64,000 nt of DNA from Synechococcus sp. (GTDB lineage Bacteria > Cyanobacteriota > Cyanobacteriia > PCC-6307 > Cyanobiaceae): the NCBI GenBank assembly GCA_047285535.1, contig JBJBDC010000001.1, forward strand, positions 1,408,136 through 1,472,135, given 5' to 3'. Below are positions 10,874 through 20,816 of this stretch, in pieces (positions within the stretch are counted from its first letter, which is position 1; each line of letters starts with the position of its first letter). Under the pieces are notes generated by a model, which was not told where the DNA came from, searched no databases, and saw only the letters and a list, made by a program, of their open reading frames with translations. A program made the translations under genes and the position numbers.

Positions 10874-11134
10874 ATGCATCGGTACTTTGCTTTATGCTTG
10901 ATGGCTGCAGTGATGTGGGTTCAAGTACCACAGTGGTCTAACGATTGGTCAAAATGTGCTGTTGACGTCCCAGATACTTCTTGCCATTGGTACGTGGTCG
11001 CACCAGACAATACATTCGGAGAAGGGTTCAGCTGGGCCAACGCTCCTTGGTTTAGCGCCGAAGGCCTCCTCGACATTGGTGAATTGAACAACCCCATGAA
11101 CAACATTCAAACTAGGGCCCTGGAGCAGGCTTAA
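10874..11134 (+). CDS. Small secreted/membrane-anchored hypothetical protein, Trp-rich with a Cys pair
   Basis: Hydrophobic N-terminus; WSKCAVDVPDTSCHWYVVAPDNTFGEGFSW. Confidence 0.75.
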   Translation: MHRYFALCLMAAVMWVQVPQWSNDWSKCAVDVPDTSCHWYVVAPDNTFGEGFSWANAPWFSAEGLLDIGELNNPMNNIQTRALEQA

Positions 11135-11579
11135 GCCATTAAGACCTGTTCAAACCATTTGAAACTTCTATCCTCAAAATTCGCCAAAAAACACAATTCG
11201 CCATCAGAAAAACAAATAAAGCTTTAACTTAAAGCACTATTTGATCAGAATACTCCGAACATCAAGCAAATCGCACAAATTCTTATCGACATCACTGCCC
11301 GAAAGACATGCAAACTATCGCTATCAAGCCAAAGTTAAATTAAGTCTTCGCAGTCAAGGATATCGCCAGTGTAAAGCTATTATTTTTTAGCCACAATGGA
11401 TCCTAGAGCAAAGAACTAGATTAAAAAGTATACCAACCGATTAGCCATAAATGTAAAGATTAGAGCCCCAAATCCAAGGCATCTAAATTTTCAGAATAGA
11501 AATTTAAACTTTATAGCAACCGCCACAAAATCAAGAAAAGCTATCGTTAGTTAAATAATGATGCTTGCCAAAGTAACGA

Positions 11580-11684
11580 ATGCCAGTGGCAACAATTCAA
11601 CAATGTCAAGCACTCGAGCAGTACTTCAAGTACCTGGCAGATCATGCACGCAAACTAAATGATAAACAAGAAAAATCCTATTAA
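11580..11684 (+). CDS. Putative 34-aa microprotein
   Basis: MPVATIQQCQALEQYFKYLADHARKLNDKQEKSY*; amphipathic helix pattern. Confidence 0.4.
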   Translation: MPVATIQQCQALEQYFKYLADHARKLNDKQEKSY

Positions 11685-11845
11685 TCGTCCCAAGCATATA
11701 ACTTCAAAAGAAATTGAAAATCTAACTTATTTGTTTTTATTCAAGTAATGTAAATCACTTGGCTGAGAAAGTGTAAAAATGACAGCTGCCGTGATTATAG
11801 CTCCAACGGCGAGCATCGCATAAATCCAAACCGTGTAATCAGTCA

Positions 11846-12046
11846 TTAGCGAATACCCAGAATTCCAAAAGTGATTTGACTAACAATGCCATGGCCTGTC
11901 AAGGCCTCAGTGAGCAAACCGATCACGAAACCGATCATCGCAACGCGGCCGTTTAGAAGCTCTGCCGCGGAAAGACGCTCAGATTTTATCTGCTCAGACG
12001 CTGTATTTTGAAACCAATCGTCCTGAGAGCTAGCCGAAGAATTCAT
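11846..12046 (-). CDS. hli: High-light-inducible protein (HLIP/SCP)
   Basis: Chlorophyll-binding motif AELLNGRVAMIGF...EALTGHG. Confidence 0.93.
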   Translation of the reverse strand: MNSSASSQDDWFQNTASEQIKSERLSAAELLNGRVAMIGFVIGLLTEALTGHGIVSQITFGILGIR

Positions 12047-12078
12047 CACAAGAGCACCGCTTCACAAATTTTACCTCT

Positions 12079-12096
12079 TTTGCAACGTTTTGTGAA
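12079..12096 (-). promoter_or_regulatory. Putative HLR1 (RpaB) site upstream of hli
   Basis: Minus strand TTCACAAA-AC-GTTGCAAA versus (G/T)TTACA(A/T)(A/T)-N2 direct repeat; one mismatch per half. Confidence 0.55.
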
Positions 12097-12177
12097 GCGG
12101 TGTTTTGTCTGGTACTTGCTCCTTGGATTGAGCGCTGCTTGAAGCACCAAACGATCCTCCCGACTCCCACCCTCGGC

Positions 12178-12645
12178 ATGCGAAGACTCGCCATTCGACC
12201 GATCCAACCCAATGACTCGTCCATCTTGCGAGAGATTTACGTCGATTCCATTCACACGCAAGCAGCTTTGGCCTATAGCCCTGAACAGGTGAGAGCCTGG
12301 GCCAATCTCGCCTGGCTGCCAGGGGTTTTGGATCGCGCCTTTGAAGAGGGCAAAGGTTGGATCAGCGGCACAGACGATGGATTCGCCATTCGACATCCTG
12401 AAAATCGACTGTCTTTGCTCTACTGCAGAGGTCGAGCCTCTCGGCAGGGACATGGCTCAGCTCTCCTGAAAGCCATTGAGGTCGATGCTCAAGCCATGGG
12501 AATCAAACAAATCCATACCGAGGCCAGCCTCTTAAGTCGGCCCATGCTGGAGCAAAGGGGGTGGACTGTCATCGCTCCTGAATCATTCACCATCGGGGGA
12601 GTGGCTTTCGTTCACTACAGGATGGAGAAAGGACTTGTTTCATAG
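12178..12645 (+). CDS. GNAT-family N-acetyltransferase
   Basis: SRQGHGSALL acetyl-CoA motif, TEASLLSRPMLEQRGW. Confidence 0.88.
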   Translation: MRRLAIRPIQPNDSSILREIYVDSIHTQAALAYSPEQVRAWANLAWLPGVLDRAFEEGKGWISGTDDGFAIRHPENRLSLLYCRGRASRQGHGSALLKAIEVDAQAMGIKQIHTEASLLSRPMLEQRGWTVIAPESFTIGGVAFVHYRMEKGLVS

Positions 12646-13320
12646 AGACAAAGAATAAAATTGACTGTCTTTCCATTGCCAACCAACGATCGAGATATGG
12701 CAGATGTCTAGAGAGATTCATTGCAAATATTAAATTGGTGCCTTCAAGTCTCCAACGCTATTGAAGACAAAACACACTATGAATTGAAGCATGTTGGAGA
12801 TTTTATAACTGGATAAAGCAGCTTAATCGTCAAACATCCTGTCATTGCCCCTCCAACATTGAGACTCTGGGTTCCCAAACTGATTTGAACCCGATTCACA
12901 TTTTTTCAGAGTGAAAAACACCAATACAACTCTTCAGTCCTTCCCCTTTCAATACAAGCCCTAAAGCAGGAATTCATGACAATCCGTCCCAATAAGTGAC
13001 AAACAAGTCACTCTTGGCCGACTTGCTTTGATTGAAAGAGTGACATCAAATCATGCAAGACGTAAATAAACAGAGACCTTTCGCTCCATGAGCCGATCAC
13101 ATTTCAGCTACAAAGTACCAACTATCACTTGCTACCAGAAAGCTATGGAAACGCCAAAACCTTTGGGAGTCAAAACTATTGGGCAATGGCAGAATTCATA
13201 CCGATTGGTCAATCGCGGCCGTGGTCGACATGCTCCAGCGGGGCCAACCACAATTCCACACCTGGACATGATGAATCAAGCATCCAGCCAAGGGGCCAAT
13301 GTTCGACTCAAGACCTCAGA

Positions 13321-13602
13321 TCAGGTCTGATTCCCACCAAGCATGTCTTCATAGCCCTCATAGGGATCGTATTCAGACCACCCAGGACTGGCTTGATTCA
13401 AAAGACCGTATTCACCATCGATCATCTGCGTCCTGGTATTGCCGTAGGGAACTGTGTTGCAGGTCACGCCTCCTCCGGCAACTGGCTCACAATCATTGAA
13501 ACGCACTTGGCCTTGCACAGACACTCCGACGAATGAGACAAGTCCGATCAGGATGGCGGCAACTGAACCCGAACAAACCTCAAGACGTTGATGAATTTGC
13601 AT
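13321..13602 (-). CDS. Small secreted hypothetical protein
   Basis: Signal-like hydrophobic stretch then DCEPVAGGGVTCNTVPYGN. Confidence 0.65.
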   Translation of the reverse strand: MQIHQRLEVCSGSVAAILIGLVSFVGVSVQGQVRFNDCEPVAGGGVTCNTVPYGNTRTQMIDGEYGLLNQASPGWSEYDPYEGYEDMLGGNQT

Positions 13603-13642
13603 GGATGAATGGGAAATGGATTCAGTCTGACGGACGCAGGCA

Positions 13643-13951
13643 TTACAAACCTCGACATTGTCTGTTTACAGCGGTTAAAAAATCGACAGCCTGCTTTCCA
13701 CGACCAGCGTTGAGCTGGACCAGTACAAGATCTGATTGCAGACCTAAAAGCATGGTTTGACAAGGATAGCGATCAATTGAAGCCGCCCTACGTTGAAGCT
13801 CTTCAGCACCAATCAGCGCATTTTGACAACTGGAGATTCGATCAAATTGGAAGCACTCCATTGCTGCCGGATTCACCCTCTGCAGAGATGTGGCAGAGGC
13901 GGGACAGATCACAGCGCTACACAGGAATGACCAAATCACTGCAGAAAGCAC
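13643..13951 (-). CDS. Secreted Cys-containing hypothetical protein (start uncertain)
   Basis: Signal-like N-terminus (..ICPASA), four Cys in the mature part, YPCQTMLLGLQSD. Confidence 0.6.
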   Translation of the reverse strand: MLSAVIWSFLCSAVICPASATSLQRVNPAAMECFQFDRISSCQNALIGAEELQRRAASIDRYPCQTMLLGLQSDLVLVQLNAGRGKQAVDFLTAVNRQCRGL

Positions 13952-14072
13952 GACCTCCTGAGATGATGCAGGAGCTATCTCACTGATTAGATGTACACCG
14001 ACTGGACCGCTGTCGCTCTGCTGTTGTTCACCACTGTGCCTCTGCTGGCAGTCGTGGTAACAGCTGGATTCT

Positions 14073-14279
14073 TTATTTGGCAACAGAGGAAGAAACAACT
14101 GCTTTGATGGGTTCGGAGATCGCTGGCAAGCGTTGAAGTCCCAGTTGCTGGGGTGAAATACTTTGCTCTTGATTTTGATGGCTGGGTTGAAACCCTTGTC
14201 CTAGACAATCAAGGCAGGTGCGAAAACGCTTGTCATTGATTCTCTGAATTCCACTTCCGCCGCAGCTCCTGCAGATCAT
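14073..14279 (-). CDS. Small DnaJ-type zinc-finger protein
   Basis: Two CxxCxGxG repeats: CRSCGGSG and CLDCLGQG. Confidence 0.75.
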   Translation of the reverse strand: MICRSCGGSGIQRINDKRFRTCLDCLGQGFQPSHQNQEQSISPQQLGLQRLPAISEPIKAVVSSSVAK

Positions 14280-14303
14280 CTTTTGATCGTCAAATCATGG
14301 CAT

Positions 14304-15248
14304 TTAGTTTGAGGCTATTTTTTGGCTGCGATCCCGAAATTTTCCTAAAGAATCAGAGCAAGAGATCAATGCCGTGATCTTGTCCTGACGCCCTCTCAGC
14401 TCCTCGATCAGCTCTTGAGCAGAGAGGGCACTCAATTGAGGGACCAGACCGAGACTCGCGGCCAAATGTCCAATCACTTGTGCAGCATTATCTCCTTGAT
14501 CTCGCAATGGCTGCAGGCCAATCGCATGATCACGTTTAGACAGTTTTCGGCCGGATGAATCACAGAGCAATGGGACATGTCCATAGCTCGGAGAGATCAT
14601 CCCCAAACAAGTGATCACAGCCCTCTGTGTTTCACACACCGAGACAAGATCCTGACCACGCACCACTTCGTTGATTCCCAAGGCAAGCTCATCAATCGCA
14701 GTGGCCAAGTGATAGGCGATGACTCCATCGGTACGGCGCAGAACCACATCCCCAACGGCTGTAACGAATGGCTCAACGACACGAAGTCTCCAAGCAGGCA
14801 ACCGACCATCCCTAAGGTCCCATTCTTGATGAGATCGCCTGCAGGTTCCTGGATAAATCGTCTCGCCTTCAAGCTGCCGGCGAGTGCATCGGCAGGGGTA
14901 AAGGAGGCCCTGCCTACGCAGGGCTGAAAGAAAAGAGCTATAAAGGCCACGTCGGCTGCTTTGGAGCAACAAGGGGCCATCCCACGTGAGGCCAAGCCAG
15001 CGAAGGTCTCGCAAGATCGACTCCATCGCCCCAGGACGATTACGGGGAGTGTCGAGATCATCGACCCTCAAAAGCCATTGCCCATTTTCAAGCCGGGCCC
15101 GGAGCCAGGACAGCAAAGCGGTTCTGACATTGCCCAAATGGAGAGGGCCTGATGGAGTTGGTGCAAAACGCCCCCGATAGCCCTGTCGTCGGAGTGCCTG
15201 GCCTGACTGCAAAACCTGACTCAGATGATCGGGCAGATCAGTAGCCAT
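14304..15248 (-). CDS. gluQ: Glutamyl-Q tRNA(Asp) synthetase
   Basis: GRFAPTPSGPLHLGN, RVDDLD, VVRGQDL, KLSKR; GluRS paralog lacking the anticodon-binding domain. Confidence 0.93.
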   Translation of the reverse strand: MATDLPDHLSQVLQSGQALRRQGYRGRFAPTPSGPLHLGNVRTALLSWLRARLENGQWLLRVDDLDTPRNRPGAMESILRDLRWLGLTWDGPLLLQSSRRGLYSSFLSALRRQGLLYPCRCTRRQLEGETIYPGTCRRSHQEWDLRDGRLPAWRLRVVEPFVTAVGDVVLRRTDGVIAYHLATAIDELALGINEVVRGQDLVSVCETQRAVITCLGMISPSYGHVPLLCDSSGRKLSKRDHAIGLQPLRDQGDNAAQVIGHLAASLGLVPQLSALSAQELIEELRGRQDKITALISCSDSLGKFRDRSQKIASN

Positions 15249-15273
15249 CGATAGTGCTGATGTTCAGAGCAAC

Positions 15274-15298
15274 AAAAAAAGGTGGTCCCACGACCACC
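15274..15298 (-). terminator. Intrinsic terminator of the HU gene
   Basis: Minus strand GGTGGTC-GTGG-GACCACC-TTTTTTT. Confidence 0.8.
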
Positions 15299-15323
15299 CA
15301 TCATCGTTAAGGGGTTTTGTGCT

Positions 15324-15599
15324 TTATCCCTGAACACGATCCTTAAACATTTTACCGGCTGTGAAAGCAGGAACCCTCTTGGCAGGGATCTTGATTTTTT
15401 CACCGGTTTTTGGATTCAGCCCCTGACGAGCTGAACGCTCACGTGGCTCAAAAGAACCGAAACCAAGGATCGAAACTTTTTTACCTTCAACAACCGAATC
15501 AATGATGGTGTCGATAGCGGCGTCAACGACAAGAGAGACGTCGGTTTTGGTGAGTTCGGTGCGAGCTGCAACGAGATTGACGAGGTCAGCTTTGTTCAT
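15324..15599 (-). CDS. hup: DNA-binding protein HU (91 aa)
   Basis: MNKADLV...GFGSFEPRERSARQGLNPKTGEKIKIPAKRVPAF; start at ATG 15599. Confidence 0.96.
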   Translation of the reverse strand: MNKADLVNLVAARTELTKTDVSLVVDAAIDTIIDSVVEGKKVSILGFGSFEPRERSARQGLNPKTGEKIKIPAKRVPAFTAGKMFKDRVQG

Positions 15600-15741
15600 G
15601 GAAGAGATGGTGTGGAGCGAAAGCGAGCTGGTTGACGTTGCGGAGGTCAACATCCGCACGACTTCCCTGAGCGTGCCAATGGTATGGAGCCCAGCCCCTT
15701 GCGGCAACCGAAAAACACTGTGCCGCAATGCTTTCCCCGTA

Positions 15742-16413
15742 TCAGTCTTGAAAAAGCCCTTCAGATTCCGTCCGAATCCAACTATCAAATGATGCCAGCC
15801 GTCCACCTCGAAGCGCTCCAAGCCCTGCCCCGGAAGCCAGTAATGGGCTGGATTCTGGGGGAATCCAGCTGCGCAGATGTTGCAAACTTTTCTGCTGCCG
15901 AGGCCAGTGAAACGTGCGTCGATGACGCAACGGGGCAAGTTGACCTTCCTGAACCGGCACAAGCAATCGTCCGCAAAACAGCACATCTAAAGGGGGTGGA
16001 GCGTGCACTACACAACTGCCTGGTGTTGGTCCTGGCGTCCAAAGCAGCCTCAACCCAGAGGCCGTGATGTGGGACTCAACAAAAGTGTCGAGCGGATGAA
16101 CCCCCGGAAGTAAGTACGCCTCCTGCTCCTGAACCAGCACCGGCCAACCCAATCGCTCTTGCAAGCGACGAAGGCGTCCATGCCCTTCTCGGCTGGTGAG
16201 CAAGATTCGAGCGGCACGACTCAAAGCCAAGTCACGCAGGGCTTTCACTGTGGCCTCCGTCAGGGGAGGACAATCGATCAGCACTGGTTCAGGATCAACA
16301 TCAAGCCACCATGAGGACCCACCACGACAGTCTCGATTGGGTGGAAATAACCAAACGTTGTCAAGAATTTGTTGGGGTGGTCGGCCTGGCTCCAACGCCG
16401 AGGTCATCGTCAT
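15742..16413 (-). CDS. MBL-fold metallo-hydrolase-like protein
   Basis: VLIDCP, LWTPGPTPGS, LFCG; canonical metal-binding His motif degenerate. Confidence 0.8.
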   Translation of the reverse strand: MTMTSALEPGRPPQQILDNVWLFPPNRDCRGGSSWWLDVDPEPVLIDCPPLTEATVKALRDLALSRAARILLTSREGHGRLRRLQERLGWPVLVQEQEAYLLPGVHPLDTFVESHITASGLRLLWTPGPTPGSCVVHAPPPLDVLFCGRLLVPVQEGQLAPLRHRRTFHWPRQQKSLQHLRSWIPPESSPLLASGAGLGALRGGRLASFDSWIRTESEGLFQD

Positions 16414-16446
16414 TGCGGTGGATTTCCATTACACCCTCTACTTTGA

Positions 16447-18555
16447 GTGAAGTACGTCCTGCGATCTGCGGGCGGAACTTTGCGCACGATCCATCGCGGT
16501 AGTCCCTGGCCACTCGGCAGCACAATCACACCTGTTGGTGTGAATTTTTCTGTTGCGGCACCATCAGCCAATCGGGTCGAGTTACTGATTTTTTCCAATG
16601 CAGAGGAAAGCGAACCCGAACAGACCATCGAGCTAGAGGGACAACATCAATCTGGTGATTACTGGCATATCGAAGTTGAAGGTCTGGGAGCGGGCTGTTG
16701 TTACGGCTATCGGGTGTTTGGCCCCCTTGAGCCAGGAGACCACGGGTTTAGGCCCGCCAAGGTGCTGGTTGACCCCTGCGCACGGGCTATTGACGGCTGG
16801 GGGGGGTACCAACGGGTCGCTGCAACCGGTGCATCTCCCAACACCGACAAATGCTTGAAATCAGTGGTTTGCGAACGCGATACCTTTGATTTTCAGACCC
16901 ATCCTCGTCCCCGCCATAGCTGGCAGGAGACCGTGATCTACGAGCTGCATGTGGGAGGGTTCACAAAACGTCCGAATAGTGGCGTCAGCCTGGATCGACG
17001 CGGCACTTATCTGGGCGTGATCGACAAGCTCCCTTATTTGAAGGAGCTGGGCGTCACCACGATTGAGCTGCTGCCGATCCAAGCCTTCGATCCCAACGAT
17101 GCTCCCGCTGGTCGTGACAATGTCTGGGGATATAGCCCTTTGAGTTGGTTTACGCCACATCACGGATACGTAACAGGAGAGGATCCCAACTTGGCTCGAG
17201 ATCAAGTTCGTGAGCTGGTGGCTGCGTGTCATGACGCGCAGATCGAAGTGCTTTTGGATGTTGTTTACAACCACACCACGGAAGGAAATCGCAACGGACC
17301 AACTCTGAGCTGGAGAGGGTTTGCCGACCGCACCTATTACCACCAAACCGAGTCCGGTGACTATTTGGATGTAAGCGGGTGTGGCAACAGCATTGCTGCC
17401 AACAATCCCCTGTCCAGACAACTCATTCTGGAATCACTTCGTTGCTGGGCGATTGAACTTGGAGTTGACGGATTCCGCTTCGATTTGGGTATTGCCTTAA
17501 GCCGAGGTGAGAAGCTGAAACCGCTGGATCATCCTCCGTTATTTGAAGCGATGGAGGCTGATCCCTTGTTGAGTGAACTCAAACTTGTTAGCGAGCCATG
17601 GGATTGCGGTGGGCTCTACAGACTGAGTGATTTTCCTGCCAAAAGGATCGGCACATGGAACGGACACTTCCGTGATGCACTGCGTAGTTTTTGGAAAGGT
17701 GATGAAGGAAGCACCTGGGCTCTCGGACAACGATTCCGTGGCAGTCCTGATTTGTATGAGGGAAAAGCAGCAAGCCTTGGCAGCTCGGTGAACTTGATCA
17801 CTGCTCATGACGGCTTCAGCCTCTTGGACCTCGTGAGCTTCAACAACAAACACAATCTGGCCAATGGTGAAAACAACAGAGACGGAGAGAATCACAACAA
17901 CAGTTGGAATCACGGCACAGAGGGACCAAGCAGCGATCCTGCAATCCATGCACTGCGCCAACGGCAACAGCGAAACCTTCTCAGCACCTTGCTACTGAGC
18001 CGCGGTGTCCCGATGCTGCTAATGGGTGATGAAGTTGGCCGCAGCCAGGGAGGAAATAACAACACGTGGTGCCAAGACAGCCCTCTCAGTTGGATGATCT
18101 GGGATGATGACCACTGTGATCACAAACTCAAGACATTCGTAGAACGTCTGATCAACATTCGTCATCAGCTTGCGGATTTGTTCAATCCGATCAGGCCTCA
18201 CAAGGAAAAAAAACCGCTCCGATCGGGAGATTCAGATGAATTTTGGCGCCAGTGGCATGGTGTTGAGCTCACGAAACCAGACTGGGCGAACTGGTCTCAT
18301 TGCTTGGCCATGAGCCTGCAACAAGGCAGTGAAGGGGCTGTGCTCTGGATGGGATTCAACGCCTATTTCAAAGCGATGCATTTCGATCTGCCGGAAGCAA
18401 TCTCACCTTGGCATCGACTGATCGACACGGCTCGCCCTGCTGGAGATGATCTACCGATACGACCCGAACCCTGGTCTTCTTCAGGAGCTCCACTCCAGGC
18501 ACGCAGCCTGGTCGTCATGATTGCGCAGAACTATGCCGAGAAACTGAGTTTTTGA
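16447..18555 (+). CDS. glgX: Glycogen debranching enzyme (isoamylase, GH13)
   Basis: IYELHVGGFT, DVVYNHT, VDGFRFDL, SEPWD, TAHDGF. Confidence 0.96.
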   Translation: MKYVLRSAGGTLRTIHRGSPWPLGSTITPVGVNFSVAAPSANRVELLIFSNAEESEPEQTIELEGQHQSGDYWHIEVEGLGAGCCYGYRVFGPLEPGDHGFRPAKVLVDPCARAIDGWGGYQRVAATGASPNTDKCLKSVVCERDTFDFQTHPRPRHSWQETVIYELHVGGFTKRPNSGVSLDRRGTYLGVIDKLPYLKELGVTTIELLPIQAFDPNDAPAGRDNVWGYSPLSWFTPHHGYVTGEDPNLARDQVRELVAACHDAQIEVLLDVVYNHTTEGNRNGPTLSWRGFADRTYYHQTESGDYLDVSGCGNSIAANNPLSRQLILESLRCWAIELGVDGFRFDLGIALSRGEKLKPLDHPPLFEAMEADPLLSELKLVSEPWDCGGLYRLSDFPAKRIGTWNGHFRDALRSFWKGDEGSTWALGQRFRGSPDLYEGKAASLGSSVNLITAHDGFSLLDLVSFNNKHNLANGENNRDGENHNNSWNHGTEGPSSDPAIHALRQRQQRNLLSTLLLSRGVPMLLMGDEVGRSQGGNNNTWCQDSPLSWMIWDDDHCDHKLKTFVERLINIRHQLADLFNPIRPHKEKKPLRSGDSDEFWRQWHGVELTKPDWANWSHCLAMSLQQGSEGAVLWMGFNAYFKAMHFDLPEAISPWHRLIDTARPAGDDLPIRPEPWSSSGAPLQARSLVVMIAQNYAEKLSF

Positions 18556-18559
18556 AGAA

Positions 18560-18630
<71 letters not shown>

Positions 18631-19274
18631 ACCAATACACCCGAACCAGTTCAGAGATGAGGCTGAGCAGGTCATCGGTTTCGGCACCAAGGCATTATGC
18701 CCCCCGGGTGACTCACCTGCCCACAAGCATCGAAATTCAAAATCGTTGATTGGCAAAGCCCAGGGAGAAGATCGCTTCAAGATGATGATGCCATCCCTGA
18801 ATTTCAAGAGCCCCTGCCAGGCTTAAGCCTCAAGAAACTAATTTAAACCATCAAATCGTCGAATTTAGACGAGCCAGATCAAGCCTCTCTTATTCCAAGA
18901 TGAATTCATTTAGATGCCAAAAACTTAAAGCATCATGAACCTAAACCATTCCGTATTCACGCATTTCCAATAGTGGGGCTTGCCCAGCAATCCTTACTCG
19001 CGCAAATAGCTGAAGAGCCCAAGAATCGCGAATTGACGAGGCAGTTTCGGGATAAATCTATTCAAAGCCTCCAAACAGACAAGCCCCCGGGAGTTGGAAA
19101 TGAAATGGATCATTGCACCTGCCAGACCAACAGCTACCAAGCGCGTTTTAATTGACAAACACTGGCAACAATATCCCAGCAGGTTGATTCCCAAGGAGCA
19201 AACGGCTCCTGAATCTTCAATTCAATGATGGCCCGAGAACATAAAGCCTTGGCCACCAAGCCCAGTGAAGATAA

Positions 19275-19345
<71 letters not shown>

Positions 19346-19434
19346 ATCAATACAAATGAACCAGTTACCTGGAGAAGGTCACCGGTCGACTTGTTCCAAA
19401 GCATTATGGCGGTCAGAACGCCCCGTATTCCGGA

Positions 19435-20793
19435 TTGACCTCTTCTGCAGCTCGCCCTGAGGGCTCCCGCCGCCGCCTCATGTTCTCTTATGGACTTGGT
19501 GATGCTGGCACCGGGATGGCCGCCACAACGCTTGGGTTCTACCTTTTTCCCTTCTTCACTTGTCAAGCGGGGCTACCAGCTTGGATTGCCGGGAATTTGC
19601 TGCTAGTCATCAAGGTCTGGGATGGCATTAATGATCCCCTGATCGGCTGGATGAGTGATCACACCCAGAGCCGGTGGGGACCGAGACTTCCCTGGATGTG
19701 CGCAGCTGCTCTTCCCTTGGGCATCAGCTTGGCAGCAATGTGGTGGGTTCCAGAGGGAGACATCACGCAACGCACGATCTATTACGTCTTGATGGCAATC
19801 CTGCTGATGACCGCTTACACAAGCGTGAATCTCCCCTTTGCCGCTCTCTGCACTGAACTCACCCTCAATACAGCGATTCGCACCAGGCTCAACGCAGCTC
19901 GCTTCACGGGATCGATCACAGCAGGAACCATGGGCTTGCTCGTGGCCTTTCTGATGTTTCGCGAGGGGGGAGGTGGCTACGTGTTGATGGGACAAATCAC
20001 TGGCACGATCGCAGTCACAGCAACTTTGCTCTGCTGCTGGGGCCTTGCGCCATATGCCAAAAAAGCTCAGCGTCCAAGCGGCGTCAAAGAGCCCGTATTG
20101 CAACAACTGCAGCGCATTCGCTCAAACTCACGTTTCTTGATGGTGTTAGGGCTGTATCTGCTGCTTTGGTTTGGCCTTCAACTCATGCAAGTTGTTGCCC
20201 TGATCTGGCTCGTACAAGTTATTCACGTCCCAGCAAGTCTTGCCACACTGCTTCTGCTCGCCTTCAATATTGCAGCTTTGGCCGGTCTTCAACTATGGAG
20301 CGTGCTCTCCAACCGCCACGGTCGAATCAAAGCCCTCGGCTGGGGATCCAGCATCTGGATCACAGCCTGTCTTCTCTCAATGGTCATAGCGCCAATCAAG
20401 AACAGTGGAATCATTGCTCTGATTCCCGTAGTGATGCTGATCCTCCTGGTGGGATTGGGCGCCTCAACGGCGTATCTCATCCCTTGGTCCCTGCTCCCTG
20501 ATGCTATCGATGCTGATCCCAGCCACCCAGCAGGTCTTTACACCGCTTGGATGGTCTTAGGCCAAAAACTGATCATTGGCCTCAGCATGAGCGTGTTTGG
20601 CACCTTGATGCAGCTCGCTGGATACATCTCCACTAAATCTTGCGATGGTGCCTTGAACTTTATTGAGCAACCCCAATCCGCCCTGATCTTCATCCGCCTG
20701 TGTATGGGTCTGATTCCAGCCGTCCTGGTGGTGCTAGGCCTTGTGGTAATGAGCCGCTGGCCTGATCGCGGCGCACACCTGCAAACCACCTGA
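19435..20793 (+). CDS. MFS transporter, GPH/MelB-like sugar:cation symporter
   Basis: YGLGDAG, WDGINDPLIGWMSD.T.SRWG.R.PW, LLPDAID. Confidence 0.9.
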   Translation: MTSSAARPEGSRRRLMFSYGLGDAGTGMAATTLGFYLFPFFTCQAGLPAWIAGNLLLVIKVWDGINDPLIGWMSDHTQSRWGPRLPWMCAAALPLGISLAAMWWVPEGDITQRTIYYVLMAILLMTAYTSVNLPFAALCTELTLNTAIRTRLNAARFTGSITAGTMGLLVAFLMFREGGGGYVLMGQITGTIAVTATLLCCWGLAPYAKKAQRPSGVKEPVLQQLQRIRSNSRFLMVLGLYLLLWFGLQLMQVVALIWLVQVIHVPASLATLLLLAFNIAALAGLQLWSVLSNRHGRIKALGWGSSIWITACLLSMVIAPIKNSGIIALIPVVMLILLVGLGASTAYLIPWSLLPDAIDADPSHPAGLYTAWMVLGQKLIIGLSMSVFGTLMQLAGYISTKSCDGALNFIEQPQSALIFIRLCMGLIPAVLVVLGLVVMSRWPDRGAHLQTT

Positions 20794-20816
20794 CCCCTTC
20801 CTCTGATCTAAGCCTG

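Noticed and set aside
13090..13272. Reading frame containing GNGR (Fic-like)
   Set aside because: Lacks HPFxD and a convincing start codon
15600..15986. 129-aa N-terminal extension on HU
   Set aside because: Overlaps the MBL-fold gene in another frame; HU starts at MNKADLV
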